From Podarcis melisellensis (lineage: Eukaryota), in the NCBI GenBank assembly GCA_964234715.1, contig OZ174276.1: a stretch of DNA of 64,000 nt; one strand, 5' to 3'. The notes beneath the pieces are model-generated. The model was not told the origin of the DNA and made no database searches. It saw only the letters and a list, made by a program, of their open reading frames with translations. Made by a program: the position numbers and the translations under genes. This document shows, one piece after another, positions 61,499 through 64,000 of the stretch. Numbering within the stretch: position 1 is the stretch's first letter; each line of letters starts with the position of its first letter.

Positions 61499-62584
61499 CT
61501 ATAGGTTATTGGTGGTTTGTTTGTTTGACAAACTGTTAGCCACCAGATGACATTAGGATAAAAGACTGAAAGATAATTCTATATGTGTCTATTCAAAAGT
61601 AGAAATGAACAAATCTATGCATTTTGGTTTCTCTCAGTTTTAAAGTACTGTACAGTTTACCTCACTTTTTTCCATCAGTGGACAAACTTCATTGAAATAA
61701 AGAAAAACCTGCATGAAAAATTATACTCATTCTCATGAACGTTTTACAAGCCATTCCACCTATTATTTTTGCCTGCTATTTCCCCAATATATACGGTTGG
61801 ATGCTTTTTGTTGCTGGAAAACTGCATTACAATATCCAAAGCATCGCTGTGCAAAGAGCAAAATTGACAGGTCAACTGACATCAAAATGCAAACCAAGAG
61901 AACTTCTGCTTCATCCCACATTATTTTTATTATGTATTTTGTGCTTTTATATCTTTATTATGTGAACTGCCCTGAGACCCCCAGGTATAGGGCGGTATAT
62001 AAATTCAATAAATCATCATCATCTCCTCTACACAGAAGCAAGTCCTGCTGAATTCAACAGGGTTTCCTCTTGGGGGAAACGGGTAGAGAACTGTATCCTG
62101 AATAAGCTAAATTAGCATGAAGTGTGTGAGCAACGGAAAGGGCAGAAGGAGAACAGGAAACAGAAACTCTTGCACTGGATGTTCCACCACTTGTTTTCTT
62201 GCTGTTAGTGTTTTAGAGAACTAACAAGGTCCTCCTACTTCAAAAGCAGTCCACCAGGACTGTATCAGCAGTGACATTTGATATCTCATTCTACACCGTA
62301 CCGTGCCAATTTCTGTTCGCTACCACAGAAGAAAACTGGCTCCCTATTAAAATGCCACCATCTGATATTAGGCCTCCCACGGAAAAGGTTTTCTTCCAGG
62401 CAAAAGAAAATCTCAAAATTTAAAGCCAGAAACTTGACTTATTACTGAAGCTGTTTGCAAAAATTAATTGACCCCTGAGCTTCAAGCACAAGTTTTAGCT
62501 TTTAATCCTCCCGTTTTAATCCTACGCCGTTTAGCTAAAATCTGATTTCCTATCTAAAAACCTACATTTTCCTTAAAAGCAATG

Positions 62585-62850
62585 GCATTGTCACTAGAGG
62601 CTCAGGTGGCCTCACTAGCTATGGCTGCCTATTTCCAGCTCCAGCTCCTTTTGAACATAGATGACCTGGACATTGTACTCCGTGCTCTGGTAACTTCCAG
62701 ACGGGATCATTACAACGCATTATGCTGGACTCCCCTCCAAAGACAACTCAGAAAATTCAACTGGTCGAAAATGCAGTGGCCAGATTCCATTCAGAAAGCA
62801 TACAGTCCCTGTGATAAAACAGCAGAACTGGTTGCCAGTTCATTTCCAGC
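62585..62850 (+). mobile_element. Degenerate L2 LINE ORF2 fragment
   Basis: LSLEAQVASLA.AAYFQL...ALVTSR.D.YNAL motif. Confidence 0.65.
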
Positions 62851-64000
62851 TGTCGCACATTGGGTCAACATCTTCATTGAGCTATCCACTATGATCCTGA
62901 AGTCTTGTTTGTGGTCTGTCAGCACCAATTCATATCTCATTAGCATATGGTGTGTTTTTTAAAAAGGGGGTGTTGGGTTGTTGTTTTTTGTGTCCCAATG
63001 TACATCACTTTACATATGCTTAGATTGAATTGTATTTTCCATTTAACTGCCCATTCACCCAGTTTGGATAGATTGTTTTAGAACTCTCTGCAATCTTTTA
63101 TTTTTAAGCATGATGAGCAATAGGCATCAGCAGTGATTAAATAATAAAGTAAAGGCAGCAAGCAGTGGGGAAACACCCTTTTAAAAACGCCTGCTTCTTC
63201 GTTAAACTGTTTGTGACCAGAAGGACTACGTGCACCCATATGAATCTCCCTGTGCTGTAAGGTTAGTATCCAAGCTCTTCCTTGTGGGTCACCTTTAAAG
63301 ATCAGTTAGACTGGCAGGCACTAGGGATAGGGTCATATTAGTCCCTTCTCCAAGAATATACAGTTGGGCCCTTCAGTTGTAATACTAAATAAGACGTTGA
63401 AAACCCTCCTATTTCAATTAGCCATTACTTGATGTGAGGTTTGTTTCTATAGCTCTGGAAACGGCTTTATGCAGATTTATATTCTAACATTGCTATTTCA
63501 TTAATCATGCCTTAATTTTAGTGGGTCCACTCAGAGTAGGACTTACACTGAATACAACACACTGGGTGAGGTTTACATAACCAGCCCTATCAGTGGAAGC
63601 CTTGTGCAAGGACTTCCACTTGTGTGATGGGACTCCCCAATTGCATCCCTCCAAAATTGGCTTGGGGCAGTCAGGAGAACCCCTAGAACAGCATGAGGGG
63701 GTGGAAGGGATAGTTCTACCTGGCAAGCTGAAATCCTTGTATAGGTAGAACAACTGAAAGAGATGGTGGTGTTGTATTTCACCCAATGATTCCAATTTTC
63801 AATTGAAAAAACAAATTTACATTAGACCAAGTCAAAAATATTTAAATTCCATTCACCACTGGATATCATACAAAATAGATCCTGATGAAGTTTATCCAAA
63901 ATTAAGTTAGCTTAATATTCTTATTAAAATTTTAATATCCTGGTTTCAGAAATATTATGCACATTCATACTATATAATCTTAATATACTATGTTTTGCTA

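Noticed and set aside
46887-64000. Upstream ITPR1 exons or a nested gene
   Set aside because: No match to the ITPR1 N-terminus (MSDKMSSF, LVDDRCVVQP). The short ORFs are low-complexity or TE-derived, consistent with one large intron.

Overview
Vertebrate (squamate, most likely lacertid lizard, judged from Sauria/POM-type SINEs) genomic DNA lying entirely inside the ITPR1 gene (inositol 1,4,5-trisphosphate receptor type 1) on the minus strand. I mapped 31 consecutive coding exons from 46886 down to 3233. They total 4340 nt in one open frame and cover roughly residues 55-1500: suppressor domain, MIR/IP3-binding core and the following armadillo/RIH region. The 45-nt alternative SI exon is included. 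The start codon and the 3' part of the gene are outside the window, and 46887-64000 is one large intron. Introns hold five Sauria SINEs, CR1 and L2 LINE fragments, several Tc1/mariner-pogo and hAT MITEs, and a 1.36-kb deleted pogo-type element retaining a transposase C-terminus. Most notable observations: (1) one intron has a non-canonical GA donor (AG|GAAAGT); (2) one intron has a candidate frame-preserving three-microexon cluster next to a multi-branch RNA structure presenting UGCAUG; (3) a UG-repeat-flanked cryptic poison exon candidate. Nearly all other ORFs in the supplied track are spurious.
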